This document shows, piece after piece, positions 1 through 10,178 of a stretch of DNA of 64,000 bases; within the stretch, counting starts at the first letter, position 1, and each line of letters opens with the position of its first letter. Origin of the DNA: an uncultured Muribaculaceae bacterium (GTDB lineage Bacteria > Bacteroidota > Bacteroidia > Bacteroidales > Muribaculaceae); the NCBI GenBank assembly GCA_910579845.1, contig CAJTWL010000002.1, positions 107,074-171,073 of the forward strand. The letters run 5' to 3'. Position numbers and translations under genes: made by a program. A model generated the notes under the pieces. That model worked only from the letters and a program-made list of their open reading frames with translations. It searched no databases and was not told the DNA's origin.

Positions 1-228
1 ATCGCTGACTATCAGTTTTTGCAGCTTGGTGGAGATATCCATAACTTTCATAGCCTGACGATCTTTCTCCCATGTCACTTTCAAATTTCCGTCAAAAGTA
101 TCTCCTTTGGCAAGCTTCCTACCGCCGATAGTAACAGTCGGTGTATTCAGAAAGATTATTTTGTAGGTTACGGCTTCGGAAAGGAGTGCCGAAGATAAAA
201 GCATGAGAAGTGAAAAGATTATTTTCAT
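1..228 (-). CDS. Secreted hypothetical protein, 3' end outside window
   Basis: Read by hand: ATG at 228 gives MKIIFSLLMLLSSALLSEAVTYKIIFLNTPTVTIGG..., a signal peptide; frame is open to the window edge and lies 23 bp downstream of the CHASE2 gene. Confidence 0.7.
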   Translation of the reverse strand, partial: MKIIFSLLMLLSSALLSEAVTYKIIFLNTPTVTIGGRKLAKGDTFDGNLKVTWEKDRQAMKVMDISTKLQKLIVSD

Positions 229-251
229 ATTTTATCAGTATTTTTTTGTCG

Positions 252-1496
252 TTAGTATTTTTTAAGATTGAATTCACACCGGTTCTGGCATGAAAAGGAT
301 ATTATCCGCAATCTGTAAGTGCAAATGAAATAAAAGCAAGTTATGAGTATTCCCGGGAACAACTGGTCGTGAAATTGCCCGAAGAGCCACCACTGCATTG
401 CCGAAAGAATAACCAATATCAGAGAATAATTCACTCCCGACAGGCAGAATCTCCAGAAGGAAGGTAAATTTAACCGGAAGCCTCCGAATCCAAGCCATAG
501 ACAAATCAGCATATAGACCACAAACGATAAGGCGAGCGACCAATAGCCCACTCGATTTTTTTCATGACGCAACACTTCCAGCGCATTCAGAAGTATATAT
601 GGTCCCGCCATGCTTCCCTGGTAAGTGTCATGGAAATCCGAAACCGTAAAGTCTCCTATAATTATCGTCTTATCGCGTGCGAGTTCCCTTATATCGTTTT
701 CATCATAGACATCAAGGAGATCTGTACCAAGATTATAGAAATATTTTTCTCCCGAATCATCATAGGATCCGGAAGGATGTATATCGAGAGGAAGGATCAT
801 GCAGTCCATATTGCGCCATGAATCCTTTGTACCGCCTGAATACATTCTTTTATATTTGGTCACCAAAGACTCCTCCCCTTTGTGAACGAACGGAAATTTC
901 ACCATATTACTTTCCAACATAGACACAGCATAAGATGACATAGCCATTTTCGCACTGTCTATTCTGCTCCCCTCCTGAGACACAAGTATACGAGGCATGG
1001 AATTGATTCTTGTAAAAAGAGCCGAATCAGATTCCGTTTCCAAAGCATCATCGAAAGCGATATCAAGTATAATGCCTTTGTAGCCCGGATCGTCCGCAAG
1101 TACCTCCAACAGACGGTTGAGCTTAAATCTGTCGGTGATGTCTATATTCCCAGCCGGCACTCCCATCTCATCGCTGATATCGGTTAGCATGCGGTCGTAT
1201 CCTATGTTTATCAAAAGATAATCATCTGGGATTGTCCCATCATTATTTTCAAATATCCGTGAGACAAGATTCATATATTTGAGAGTGCCCTCCTCACCGC
1301 CTACAGATTGCGGACTGTCATCGGCAACGCACACCGCCACGATAATCAAAAAAGAGAACAAAACGCTGTTGACTATTATTCCTGCTTTATCGCACAATAG
1401 CCACCCAAGTATTGATGCTATACGTCTCCGAGTCCTGGAAAAGACCGGCTGTACAACGTTTGCCATTCGGCGCCATATATGACTCTTTTTCTTCAA
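252..1496 (-). CDS. CHASE2-domain membrane protein with no visible output domain
   Basis: N-terminal TM, 'GIILDIAF' and 'IIIGDF...DFHDT..GSMAGPYILLNAL' motifs, then about 3 TM helices as in CHASE2 proteins; start codon uncertain. Confidence 0.7.
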   Translation of the reverse strand: MKKKSHIWRRMANVVQPVFSRTRRRIASILGWLLCDKAGIIVNSVLFSFLIIVAVCVADDSPQSVGGEEGTLKYMNLVSRIFENNDGTIPDDYLLINIGYDRMLTDISDEMGVPAGNIDITDRFKLNRLLEVLADDPGYKGIILDIAFDDALETESDSALFTRINSMPRILVSQEGSRIDSAKMAMSSYAVSMLESNMVKFPFVHKGEESLVTKYKRMYSGGTKDSWRNMDCMILPLDIHPSGSYDDSGEKYFYNLGTDLLDVYDENDIRELARDKTIIIGDFTVSDFHDTYQGSMAGPYILLNALEVLRHEKNRVGYWSLALSFVVYMLICLWLGFGGFRLNLPSFWRFCLSGVNYSLILVILSAMQWWLFGQFHDQLFPGILITCFYFICTYRLRIISFSCQNRCEFNLKKY

Positions 1497-1547
1497 AGGG
1501 GAAATTTATGTTAGATGGGACCAAACTTCTTTCGTATGAAAGATTTA

Positions 1548-1555
1548 CAAAATTA
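1548..1555 (-). promoter_or_regulatory. Bacteroidetes -7 promoter box (TAATTTTG) for the CHASE2 gene
   Basis: CAAAATTA on + strand matches TAnnTTTG on - strand, about 50 bp upstream of the ORF. Confidence 0.5.
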
Positions 1556-1798
1556 TAAAAATTTATGAACAACCGAAGAATATTCAAGTAACTGATAAAA
1601 ATAATAAACAGATTGCATCAGGAGAAAAGATCCCCGACTGCATTTAACAATTTTATGGGAAGAGGACTGCGCTATAAATCTATTACTGCAATATATTTGG
1701 ATATATGTGAATAAAATATTAGATTTGCGAGCAACATAACCCACGATTCATACAAAAGAATGTGGTTCTGTCTCAGAGATTATCCATATTTGCAACAC

Positions 1799-2752
1799 AT
1801 GAAGAAACTCCTTTTCAATTATTTTTTCATTATCCTAATGGCTACCTTGACGGGATGTGGCGAGGAAACCGTTCAAGTTACTGATGAAACGGAATCTTCC
1901 CGTAATAGCGCATCTTGCTCAGAAGGCACAGCATTCGGCAACCAGTCCGACAACGATGCCCCACGGTCATGCGGCAACATCATAGTGGCGCACAGATGCG
2001 GAGCTAAAGAAGGCAACCTCCCTGACAATTCTCTGGCAGCCCTGGATTACGCAATCTCGCTTGGAGTATATGCCGCGGAATGCGATATATACATAACAAA
2101 AGACAACAAGGTAATAGTGGCTCATGCCGACGGCTCAACCAAGATCAACGGCTTTTATCCCTGGGAAGCGACATTGGAGCAGATTCGCAAAAGTGGAGCT
2201 CTCAACAACGGAGAGGAAATCCCCACTCTCGACACATACATCGGACATGTTAAAGAATCCGGAGGATGTACAAGACTATGGATAGACCTGAAAATGATAT
2301 CGCAGCCTTCGTCAATGCCAAAACAAACCATCAAGGCATTTGACAAGTCGATGGAGATAATCAAAGAAATGAAAGCCGAGAAATGGGTGGAATTCATTTG
2401 CACGGCAAACGCAGAGGTAATGACACATTGTTTCCCAATAGCCCGCGATGCCGGCATCCCTATCGGATGGATGGCAAACAAGTCCGGTTCATATTATGCG
2501 GCAAAAGGCTATGACTGGGCAAACCTTAACCTGAAATTCATGAATGACGCATCACACAGCGGAGACCGCACTCTAACCGAATTCTTCAACGCCGGGGTAA
2601 AGGTCAGCATATTCAACATCGATTCAAAAACCGACGCCGAGTACTACTTACCATACAAACATAGAATGAAAGGGGTATGCACAAATTACCCTGAGACCAT
2701 GATGAAAATTTTCAACGCTCAATCCTCCGTACATGAAATCCGGGCAGACTGA
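1799..2752 (+). CDS. Glycerophosphodiester phosphodiesterase (GDPD) family lipoprotein
   Basis: IVAHRC, DNSLAAL, ECDIYITKD..VIVAH, IDLK and C-terminal CTNYP motifs; lipobox LTGC after MKKLL (start moved to ATG 1799). Confidence 0.88.
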   Translation: MKKLLFNYFFIILMATLTGCGEETVQVTDETESSRNSASCSEGTAFGNQSDNDAPRSCGNIIVAHRCGAKEGNLPDNSLAALDYAISLGVYAAECDIYITKDNKVIVAHADGSTKINGFYPWEATLEQIRKSGALNNGEEIPTLDTYIGHVKESGGCTRLWIDLKMISQPSSMPKQTIKAFDKSMEIIKEMKAEKWVEFICTANAEVMTHCFPIARDAGIPIGWMANKSGSYYAAKGYDWANLNLKFMNDASHSGDRTLTEFFNAGVKVSIFNIDSKTDAEYYLPYKHRMKGVCTNYPETMMKIFNAQSSVHEIRAD

Positions 2753-2970
2753 AATTTTAAGGAAGCGCTCTAAATACAACCGTATCGATACGTTTGTGAC
2801 AAATATATACGGTATAATCTATAACTTACTAACACTATGAACTCATGAAAAGTAAATTTAAATTATATGTAACAGCGTTGGTTTTTGGTTTGTACCTGGG
2901 GGCGGCTATCGCCTTGGCCGCCTCCTCAACGAAATCTTTGATTATTGATATTGTCTCTATTACATAAAGA

Positions 2971-3522
2971 ATGGAGTCTGCGTTGATCGAGGGTTTAAGG
3001 CAGGGCGATTTTGAGGCGTTCAATCATATCTATGATTTGTATGCCCATAAGCTTCTTGGCTATGCCATTGCCCATATAAATTCGGAATCCGAAGCTGAAG
3101 ACCTTGTTCAGGAGGTATTTATATCTTTATGGAAAAACAGGCAGAGTATAAAATGTTCTATTAAGTCATACCTGTTCACAGCTTTGAAGAAGAGAATAAT
3201 CTCCTCATGGAGAACTACGGTTCAAAGCCAAATGTATACAGACTATGTTGAATTGATGGAGCTGAATATTTCCGATTCCGGTATTCCTCCGATTGAATAT
3301 ACGGAGTTTTGCAACAAGGTTTCAGCCTTGGTCAATTCTCTTCCTGCAACCCAACGGGAGGTTATAAGGCTGTCGCGTTTCGAGAATCTGTCTTATCCGG
3401 AAATTGCTGAGCGTCTTGGGTTGACCCATCAATCAGTAAAAAATGCCTTATCCAAGGGTCTCTCGACCCTTCGTAAGTATCTTCCATTATATCTTATCGT
3501 TATAAATCTATTGCAGAAATGA
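2971..3522 (+). CDS. ECF-type RNA polymerase sigma-70 factor
   Basis: AEDLVQEVFISLW region 2; LSYPEIAERLG region 4; adjacent to fecR-like gene. Confidence 0.93.
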   Translation: MESALIEGLRQGDFEAFNHIYDLYAHKLLGYAIAHINSESEAEDLVQEVFISLWKNRQSIKCSIKSYLFTALKKRIISSWRTTVQSQMYTDYVELMELNISDSGIPPIEYTEFCNKVSALVNSLPATQREVIRLSRFENLSYPEIAERLGLTHQSVKNALSKGLSTLRKYLPLYLIVINLLQK

Positions 3523-4577
3523 AGGAGCTAATCAATAAATATAAGTCCGGAAGTTTGACTTCAGAGGAACTTGTGAGATTACGGGAATTGCTCGATACCG
3601 CCGATGACAAGATCTTTCGGGAAATATTTGGAACGGAGGATACCCTTGATTCGTATGGCTGTGACAAAATGGAGGCACTGTCAAGGATGAAGAGAAACAT
3701 TGACCGAACCATCATCAAGACTGAGGCATATCGCCGTAAATCGGGGAATACATTTTTTAAAGTTGCCGCCGCAATCGCTGCTGTTGTCATCCCAGCACTT
3801 GTGATTCTGTGTATATATATCTATAAGAATCCGGCAGAAACGTGGACACCGGCAACATCCATGTGCACTGTAACCACGGGTGCGAATGAGAAATCCACTG
3901 TTATGCTCCCCGATGGATCGGAGGTTATGATGACTGGTATGTCTCACCTCAGCTTCAATACAGCTGAAGGTCCGGCATGCCGGAGCATTGAATTTTCGGG
4001 AGAAGCATATTTCAACATCACACACGATTCCAAACATCCTTTCCTCATAAATACTGGGAATATGATTGTGAAAGTATACGGCACGTCTTTCAGCCTGTCT
4101 GCAAGGGAGGGTTCCGAATGCTCCGGAGTTATGCTTGACAAAGGGTCTGTGGAAATAATATCATGTGAAAATAACCATATGGTAAAATTATCTCCGGGTG
4201 AAATGGCTGTTTTCAATAGGAAAGACAACAGCATCACTGTCAATCCGATGAATGTAAGGGAAGATGAGTCCCATGCATTGACAGCTGAGACAAAGACACC
4301 GTACGGATCGGAGGAACAATCAATTGGACCTACGGAAACGCGTCATGAGATTCCTGTCTGGGCGTTTGAAGGAATAAAGCTTAACAATGTCAGCCCTGAT
4401 TCATTGATCCGTATAATAGAAAAAACATATAACGTGAAACTGAATCCGCCGATAACCGGTGCCATCACGGATAATTTCACTGGCACTTTGCCCGACAATG
4501 ACCTGAACCGCGCTTTATATATCCTCAGCAGAATCTACAGATTCGATATGCCCTTCACATTGAAAAAGGAAGAATAG
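3519..4577 (+). CDS. FecR-family anti-sigma factor
   Basis: Single TM, LPDGSEV, GEAYFNI.HD..HPF, VKVYGTSF motifs; ATGA overlap with the sigma gene. Confidence 0.92.
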   Translation: MKELINKYKSGSLTSEELVRLRELLDTADDKIFREIFGTEDTLDSYGCDKMEALSRMKRNIDRTIIKTEAYRRKSGNTFFKVAAAIAAVVIPALVILCIYIYKNPAETWTPATSMCTVTTGANEKSTVMLPDGSEVMMTGMSHLSFNTAEGPACRSIEFSGEAYFNITHDSKHPFLINTGNMIVKVYGTSFSLSAREGSECSGVMLDKGSVEIISCENNHMVKLSPGEMAVFNRKDNSITVNPMNVREDESHALTAETKTPYGSEEQSIGPTETRHEIPVWAFEGIKLNNVSPDSLIRIIEKTYNVKLNPPITGAITDNFTGTLPDNDLNRALYILSRIYRFDMPFTLKKEE

Positions 4578-4594
4578 CCATAAACAACTTCTTA

Positions 4595-4777
4595 GAAACT
4601 GTTTAAATTTATTTTCAGAGGATTTTGAGATGTATTTTTGAGAGGTTTTTACAAGCTGAAGAGGGAGAAACCTGACGGTTTCGACCGATGAGACTTGGTG
4701 AAAACAGCCAAAAAGACACTCAAAATGCCTGAAAGAAACACTATATAATTTTTTTCGTAATAAATTTAAACAGTTTC
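4595..4777 (+). mobile_element. MITE-like structured element, copy 1 (183 bp)
   Basis: TIR GAAACTGTTTAAATTTATT / AATAAATTTAAACAGTTTC; TTA direct repeat at 4592-4594 and 4778-4780; core GAAGAGGGAGAAACCTGACGGTTTCGACCGATGA at 4658-4691. Confidence 0.8.
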
Positions 4778-4941
4778 TTAATTCCCATTTATCTGACTGG
4801 CTGGTTGTCTCTCCTCGACAAGTTTTGTAGTTTTTATTGAAAATATGTTTAAAAACATTAAAATCTGATATTACGAATGGATGTCTGATGCGACTTATAA
4901 AGTGAATAGAATTTATATTTACCTAACATCAGTATCCACTA

Positions 4942-7900
4942 ATGCTACAGATTTGTGAAACTCATGAATTTATAAAGAAACCCCTGCGATGGTTCTGGTT
5001 TCTTTTATTTTGCTTCACGACAATTATATGCGTGAATGCACAGAAAACGGAGACGCTGACATTAAACATGAAGAATGTTTCTTTGCAGCAAATTTTAAAG
5101 GAGGTCGAGGACAAGACAAAATGGGAATTCTCATATAAGGCAACCTCCATCGACAATAAACGCATTCCCTCTTTTAATTGCACGCATGCAACTTTGCGTC
5201 AGGTTTTGGACAAGGCTTTCGCCGGCACAAACCTTACATATGAAATCATTCCGCCAAATTCCGTTGTTATTCTGGAAAAATCCAACGGTCGTAAATTAAA
5301 TGTTAAATCTTCAGCCAACACCATCAACGGCATTGTTGTGGATAAGACCGGAGAACCATTGATAGGCGCAACCGTCATTGTTAAGGGAAGCAAGGAATTC
5401 TCTGTCACAGACCTTAATGGAAAGTTTTCCATAACGACAAAACCGGATGCGGTGCTTCAGATTTCATATGTCGGCTTTGCCCGTAAACTTGTTCCTGTAA
5501 ATGGAAAGGACGATTTGCGTATCGAGCTGCTGGACGATTCCAACACTATGGACGAATTGGTAGTGGTGGGCTATGGACAGATGAAAAAAGCGGATCTTAC
5601 CGGTGCTGTCGCCAATGTCACTCAGAAAGAGATGGCCATAAACCGCAACACCACAGTGGCCCAGGCTTTGCAAGGAACCATGCCGGGAGTTAACGTGACG
5701 AGAACATCCGGTGCTCCGGGCGATGATGCTTCAATCCTGATCCGCGGAGTAACCACCATCAACGATTCTAGTCCGCTTATCATAATCGACGGTGTTCCTG
5801 ATGATCTGAACTCCGTGAACACTTCCGACATCGAAAGCATCTCGGTGCTCAAAGATGCGGCCTCCGCCTCCATCTACGGAGCCAGAGCGGCTTCAGGCGT
5901 AGTATTGGTGACTACAAAACGGGCAAATGCCGGAAAAATGAAAGTGGAATACCAGGGATCTGTCGGTTTCGATATGGACACGGATCATCCCGATGTAGTA
6001 GACGTTCAGACCTACATGCGCCTTCGCAACGAAGAGGCGTGGAACCAGAACGGCAACCCCGACCCTTCGGTTGAAAAAAACATCTATGCCACATTCCCGA
6101 AAGAGAATATAGCCACCTGGCTTGAGAAGAACGCCGAGAATCCCGACCGTTATCCCATCACCGATTGGAGGTCTGCTATGATCCGCAAGACAGCTCCCTT
6201 CACAAAACATACCCTGAGTTTCCAAGGTGGCACAAAAAACATCCGCAGCAAACTCACAGCCAACTATGAATTCTCGGAAGGTCTTTATGACCATTATGAT
6301 TACCAGCGTATAATGGTGCGCACCTCAAATTTCCTGAAGATGAACAAATGGCTGAGCGTCACTCTTGATGCCAACTATTACAACAACACCACCCACAAAC
6401 CGGTGATCAACCCCCTTAAACGCTGTATCGAACTCGACCCGAACCGCGCCTACCAAAACAGCGACGGAACTGTCGCCGTGGGACACGCCCATATCAACCC
6501 CTGGGCGCAGCTGCATTACGGCGGATTCAACAACACTTGGAAAGACAATCTCACAGCCAAAGCCTCAATCATTATCACTCCTTTAAAAGGATTGACTATA
6601 ACCGGAGTGATAGCTCCAGGTTTTTACTGGAACCGCACTAAGAAATTCTCAAAAATCGTCAACGACTATTCTTGGGACGGTATCCAGGGAACTGTCACAA
6701 GCCAGACTTCCAACGACCTCACCGAACAGCGCAACCACCAGCGCACGCTGACCAAACAGCTTTTAGCCAACTATAACGCAACATTCAAGGAAGACCACAG
6801 CCTCAGCGCACTGCTTGGATACGAAGACTATCACCATCGCTATGAGCCTATGTCAGGCAATACCATAGGAATGGCTGTCGATTCATATCCGTTCTTCGAC
6901 AATGCCAACAAAAACAATGAGACAATCCTGGGAAAATTGACCGAAAACTCATACCGTTCCGTATTCGCCCGGGTCAATTATTCGTATGTCTCACGCTATC
7001 TTTTCCAAGCCAACTTCCGATGGGACCGCAGTTCTCGTTTCGGCAATAAATACCGTAACGGATATTTCCCCTCATTCTCGGCAGGATGGGCTATCAGCGA
7101 AGAGAAATTCATGAGAGACGTGAATCCCGCGAGCCTGAGCTTCCTGAAGCTCCGCGCTTCATACGGCACCCTCGGCAACGAGCGCATTGGTGATTACCCC
7201 TATTTCTCTACCCTCCAAATGGGGAACTCTATTTTCGTCGACAGCAGTGGAAAACTGGTATCCGCTAATACTGGAATTGTGGCGGCATATGCAATTAGCG
7301 ACATATCATGGGAAACGACTCACAGCTGGGATATCGGTCTTGACGCAAGTTTCTTCAACTCCCGTCTTTCAGTGGTGTTCGACTGGTATTGGAAAAAAAC
7401 AAAAGACATGCTTCTGGCTGTCCAAATTCCCACTTTCATGGGTGTCGACAACCCAAACCAAAACGTTGGAGACATGAATACAAAAGGCTTCGACCTGCAG
7501 CTCAACTGGCGCGACAGGATCGGAGACTGGACATATTTCATAGGCGCAAACCTTTCGGATTACAAATCCATTATGGGCGACATAGGAGGCACTGTGCAAC
7601 TTGACGACACCAACGGCTTCATTACATGCCAAGGAGAGGAATTCCAGTCATTCTATGGTTACATCTGCGACGGCATATTCCAGACTTCCGAAGAGGTAGC
7701 GACATCACCGCTCCTCTATCCCGGTCTTACAAAACCAGGCGACCTCAAGTTCCGCGACATATCCGGAGCCGAGGGCAAAACTGACGGCACCATATCTCCC
7801 GAATACGACAGAGTTGTGCTCGGAAGCTCGCTGCCGCATTTCCTTTTCGGATTCAATCTGGGAGTTGAGTGGAAAGGGATAGAACTCAACGCTATATTCC

Positions 7901-8364
7901 AAGGAGTCGGCAAGCAGAATGTAAGACGCACCCGCGCCATGACCACTCACACTTCCTCATATTACAACTATCCCTCGGCAAGCATGGGAAAGTACTGGAG
8001 CTATTTCAACGACAATTATTTCAACGGAGTTGACACTCAAGACATCTTCAGCACGCCTGAAGAAAGAGCCTCGGCAATATATCCCCGTCTCGACACAAAG
8101 AACTATAAGAACAATTACATGGAGATGACCGACAAATGGATGTTCAACGGTGCATACCTACGGTGTAAGAGCATAACGCTGGCCTATAATTTCCAGAAAA
8201 AAATCCTCAAAAAGCTCCACTTGTCAAGCCTTAGAGTTTTCGCTTCCGGCTCAGATCTTTTTTGCTTCAGCCATTATCCGGACGGATGGGATCCCGAGAC
8301 TAAAAACGACGGCTCTTCATATATTGCCAAATCATTCAATTTCGGTGTGAAAATAAGTTTCTAA
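4942..8364 (+). CDS. susC: SusC/RagA TonB-dependent transporter with N-terminal signalling extension
   Basis: STN-like N-terminus, GEPLIGATV, VVVGYG, DIESISVLKDAASASIYGARAASGVVLVTTK, C-terminal F. Confidence 0.95.
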   Translation: MLQICETHEFIKKPLRWFWFLLFCFTTIICVNAQKTETLTLNMKNVSLQQILKEVEDKTKWEFSYKATSIDNKRIPSFNCTHATLRQVLDKAFAGTNLTYEIIPPNSVVILEKSNGRKLNVKSSANTINGIVVDKTGEPLIGATVIVKGSKEFSVTDLNGKFSITTKPDAVLQISYVGFARKLVPVNGKDDLRIELLDDSNTMDELVVVGYGQMKKADLTGAVANVTQKEMAINRNTTVAQALQGTMPGVNVTRTSGAPGDDASILIRGVTTINDSSPLIIIDGVPDDLNSVNTSDIESISVLKDAASASIYGARAASGVVLVTTKRANAGKMKVEYQGSVGFDMDTDHPDVVDVQTYMRLRNEEAWNQNGNPDPSVEKNIYATFPKENIATWLEKNAENPDRYPITDWRSAMIRKTAPFTKHTLSFQGGTKNIRSKLTANYEFSEGLYDHYDYQRIMVRTSNFLKMNKWLSVTLDANYYNNTTHKPVINPLKRCIELDPNRAYQNSDGTVAVGHAHINPWAQLHYGGFNNTWKDNLTAKASIIITPLKGLTITGVIAPGFYWNRTKKFSKIVNDYSWDGIQGTVTSQTSNDLTEQRNHQRTLTKQLLANYNATFKEDHSLSALLGYEDYHHRYEPMSGNTIGMAVDSYPFFDNANKNNETILGKLTENSYRSVFARVNYSYVSRYLFQANFRWDRSSRFGNKYRNGYFPSFSAGWAISEEKFMRDVNPASLSFLKLRASYGTLGNERIGDYPYFSTLQMGNSIFVDSSGKLVSANTGIVAAYAISDISWETTHSWDIGLDASFFNSRLSVVFDWYWKKTKDMLLAVQIPTFMGVDNPNQNVGDMNTKGFDLQLNWRDRIGDWTYFIGANLSDYKSIMGDIGGTVQLDDTNGFITCQGEEFQSFYGYICDGIFQTSEEVATSPLLYPGLTKPGDLKFRDISGAEGKTDGTISPEYDRVVLGSSLPHFLFGFNLGVEWKGIELNAIFQGVGKQNVRRTRAMTTHTSSYYNYPSASMGKYWSYFNDNYFNGVDTQDIFSTPEERASAIYPRLDTKNYKNNYMEMTDKWMFNGAYLRCKSITLAYNFQKKILKKLHLSSLRVFASGSDLFCFSHYPDGWDPETKNDGSSYIAKSFNFGVKISF

Positions 8365-8387
8365 TAAGTTCTTCAATATCAAAAAAA

Positions 8388-10091
8388 ATGATTAAAAAAA
8401 TAATATACGGTGCAATAGCCTGCTGCGCTCTTTGCATGGGAGCCTGCGCACAGATTGACATTGAACCATTGTCCCAGCCCACGAAAGAGACATGGTATAA
8501 AAACGCCCAGGAAATACGCATGAGCACTGACGCGCTTTACAGCTACAAGCAATGGATTCTCGAATCCAAAAACCCGTTCAATTTCGACACATGGACTGAC
8601 GACTGGTTTCAGAACGCGGCAATCTCAGATCCCGGACCGACAGGAAACATTGCCTCCGACCTCACGCTGATAGTCAATTACTGGAAAACTACTTACGGAG
8701 CGATCAACAATGCCAATATCATTATCGAGAATTGCGCCCGTCTGGCTGATTCTGCCGAAGCGACGGAGATCAGCCGTTTAGAAGGCGAGGCCAGATTCCT
8801 GCGAGCCACATTCTATTCCTATATCCTTTTCTTCTGGGGAGACTGCCCCTATTACACCAATGACATAACCATCTCGGAAGCGAAAGCGATGTCGCGCACA
8901 CCGAAAGAGAAGGTGCTCCAAAACATATATCAGGATTATGACGAAGCGTATAAACTTTTGCCGGACAAAAATGTCGGGAAAGCATGCAAATCTATGGTAG
9001 CTCCGTTTAAAGCACGCGTAGCCCTCTGGATGGGAGACTATAAAACGGCAGCCGACGAGGCATGGAAATGCATTGAATCCAAAGCCTATTCCCTCGACAA
9101 GAGTTTCGCAGATGTGACATCTCCCGACAGCAATTCGGAGGAATGGATAATGACATTGAAAAGGAGCGCATCTCTTGACAACTCCTCACGCTTCCCAACT
9201 ACCAACTATGTTCCACGCATAGTATCCGGATACACAGGCAACCGTGGGCCCTCGTGGGAGCTTCTTCTATCTTTCCTCTGCACCGATGGTCTTCCTGTAG
9301 ACAAATCACCCCTTTACGATCCTCACAACCCATTCAAAAACAGAGACCCGCGCTGTGCAGAGACTATCGTGCCGTTCGGAGAAATTTTCCTCGGATTCGA
9401 ATATGACCCCGGAAAAGAGAAAGTGCTCAATGTGGCAACCGGCAAGAAGGTGAAAAATTCGTCATCTCCTCTTGTTGACAACGGAGCGCCGACAAGCGCA
9501 CTACATCTGAAGAAAGGTGTTGACGAAACGTGGGCCGACGACAAATATGCTGAAAATCAAGTACCGGTGCTACGTTTTGCCGATGTGCTGCTTACATATG
9601 CCGAGGCCAAGATAGAACTCGGAGAAATCAACGATTCGGTGCTCAAGGCAATCAATGATGTCCGTTCCCGAGCATATAACGGCACAGGGATCAACGCACC
9701 GAAAGTAGAGACAAGAGACCAGGCGGAACTCCGCAGCCAGATACGTTTCGAGCGCCGAATGGAGTTCGCATTCGAAAACAAGAGATATTTCGACATCATA
9801 CGCTGGCGTCTCGCGGAAACATGCATGAACCGCCCGATGTATCAATGCCTTCAGGGAGTAGTCAAAGGCAGCGACCTCTCCAAGCAGATTGCCTCCGGCG
9901 ATTTCTTCTTCACAAACAAGGCTCTGCCTGTTGTCGACAAAAACGCGCTTGTCGATATCAAGCCATTGCTGGAAACCGGCACGATACGCCAGCATATCGC
10001 ACGCTCTTTCCCTAAGCGTCAGTATCTTTTCCCGATTCCGGTCTATGATATAATGACTGCTCCCGGGATGAAACAGAACGAGGGATATTAG
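8388..10091 (+). CDS. susD: SusD/RagB surface lipoprotein
   Basis: Lipoprotein Cys; GEARFLRA, RDPR, LRFADVLLTYAEA, ERRMEFAFE..RYFDIIRW, QNEGY motifs. Confidence 0.95.
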   Translation: MIKKIIYGAIACCALCMGACAQIDIEPLSQPTKETWYKNAQEIRMSTDALYSYKQWILESKNPFNFDTWTDDWFQNAAISDPGPTGNIASDLTLIVNYWKTTYGAINNANIIIENCARLADSAEATEISRLEGEARFLRATFYSYILFFWGDCPYYTNDITISEAKAMSRTPKEKVLQNIYQDYDEAYKLLPDKNVGKACKSMVAPFKARVALWMGDYKTAADEAWKCIESKAYSLDKSFADVTSPDSNSEEWIMTLKRSASLDNSSRFPTTNYVPRIVSGYTGNRGPSWELLLSFLCTDGLPVDKSPLYDPHNPFKNRDPRCAETIVPFGEIFLGFEYDPGKEKVLNVATGKKVKNSSSPLVDNGAPTSALHLKKGVDETWADDKYAENQVPVLRFADVLLTYAEAKIELGEINDSVLKAINDVRSRAYNGTGINAPKVETRDQAELRSQIRFERRMEFAFENKRYFDIIRWRLAETCMNRPMYQCLQGVVKGSDLSKQIASGDFFFTNKALPVVDKNALVDIKPLLETGTIRQHIARSFPKRQYLFPIPVYDIMTAPGMKQNEGY

Positions 10092-10178
10092 AGCCTACAT
10101 ACTTGCGAAGATCCGGAAACAGCAGGATCTCCCTTCTCATCAAAATCATACATAACAACGCCATAATGCATAATATAT

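Noticed and set aside
2777..2796. Near-perfect palindrome CAACCGTATCGATACGTTTG upstream of the ECF gene
   Set aside because: Could be an operator, but it is a single instance with no candidate regulator; too weak to call.
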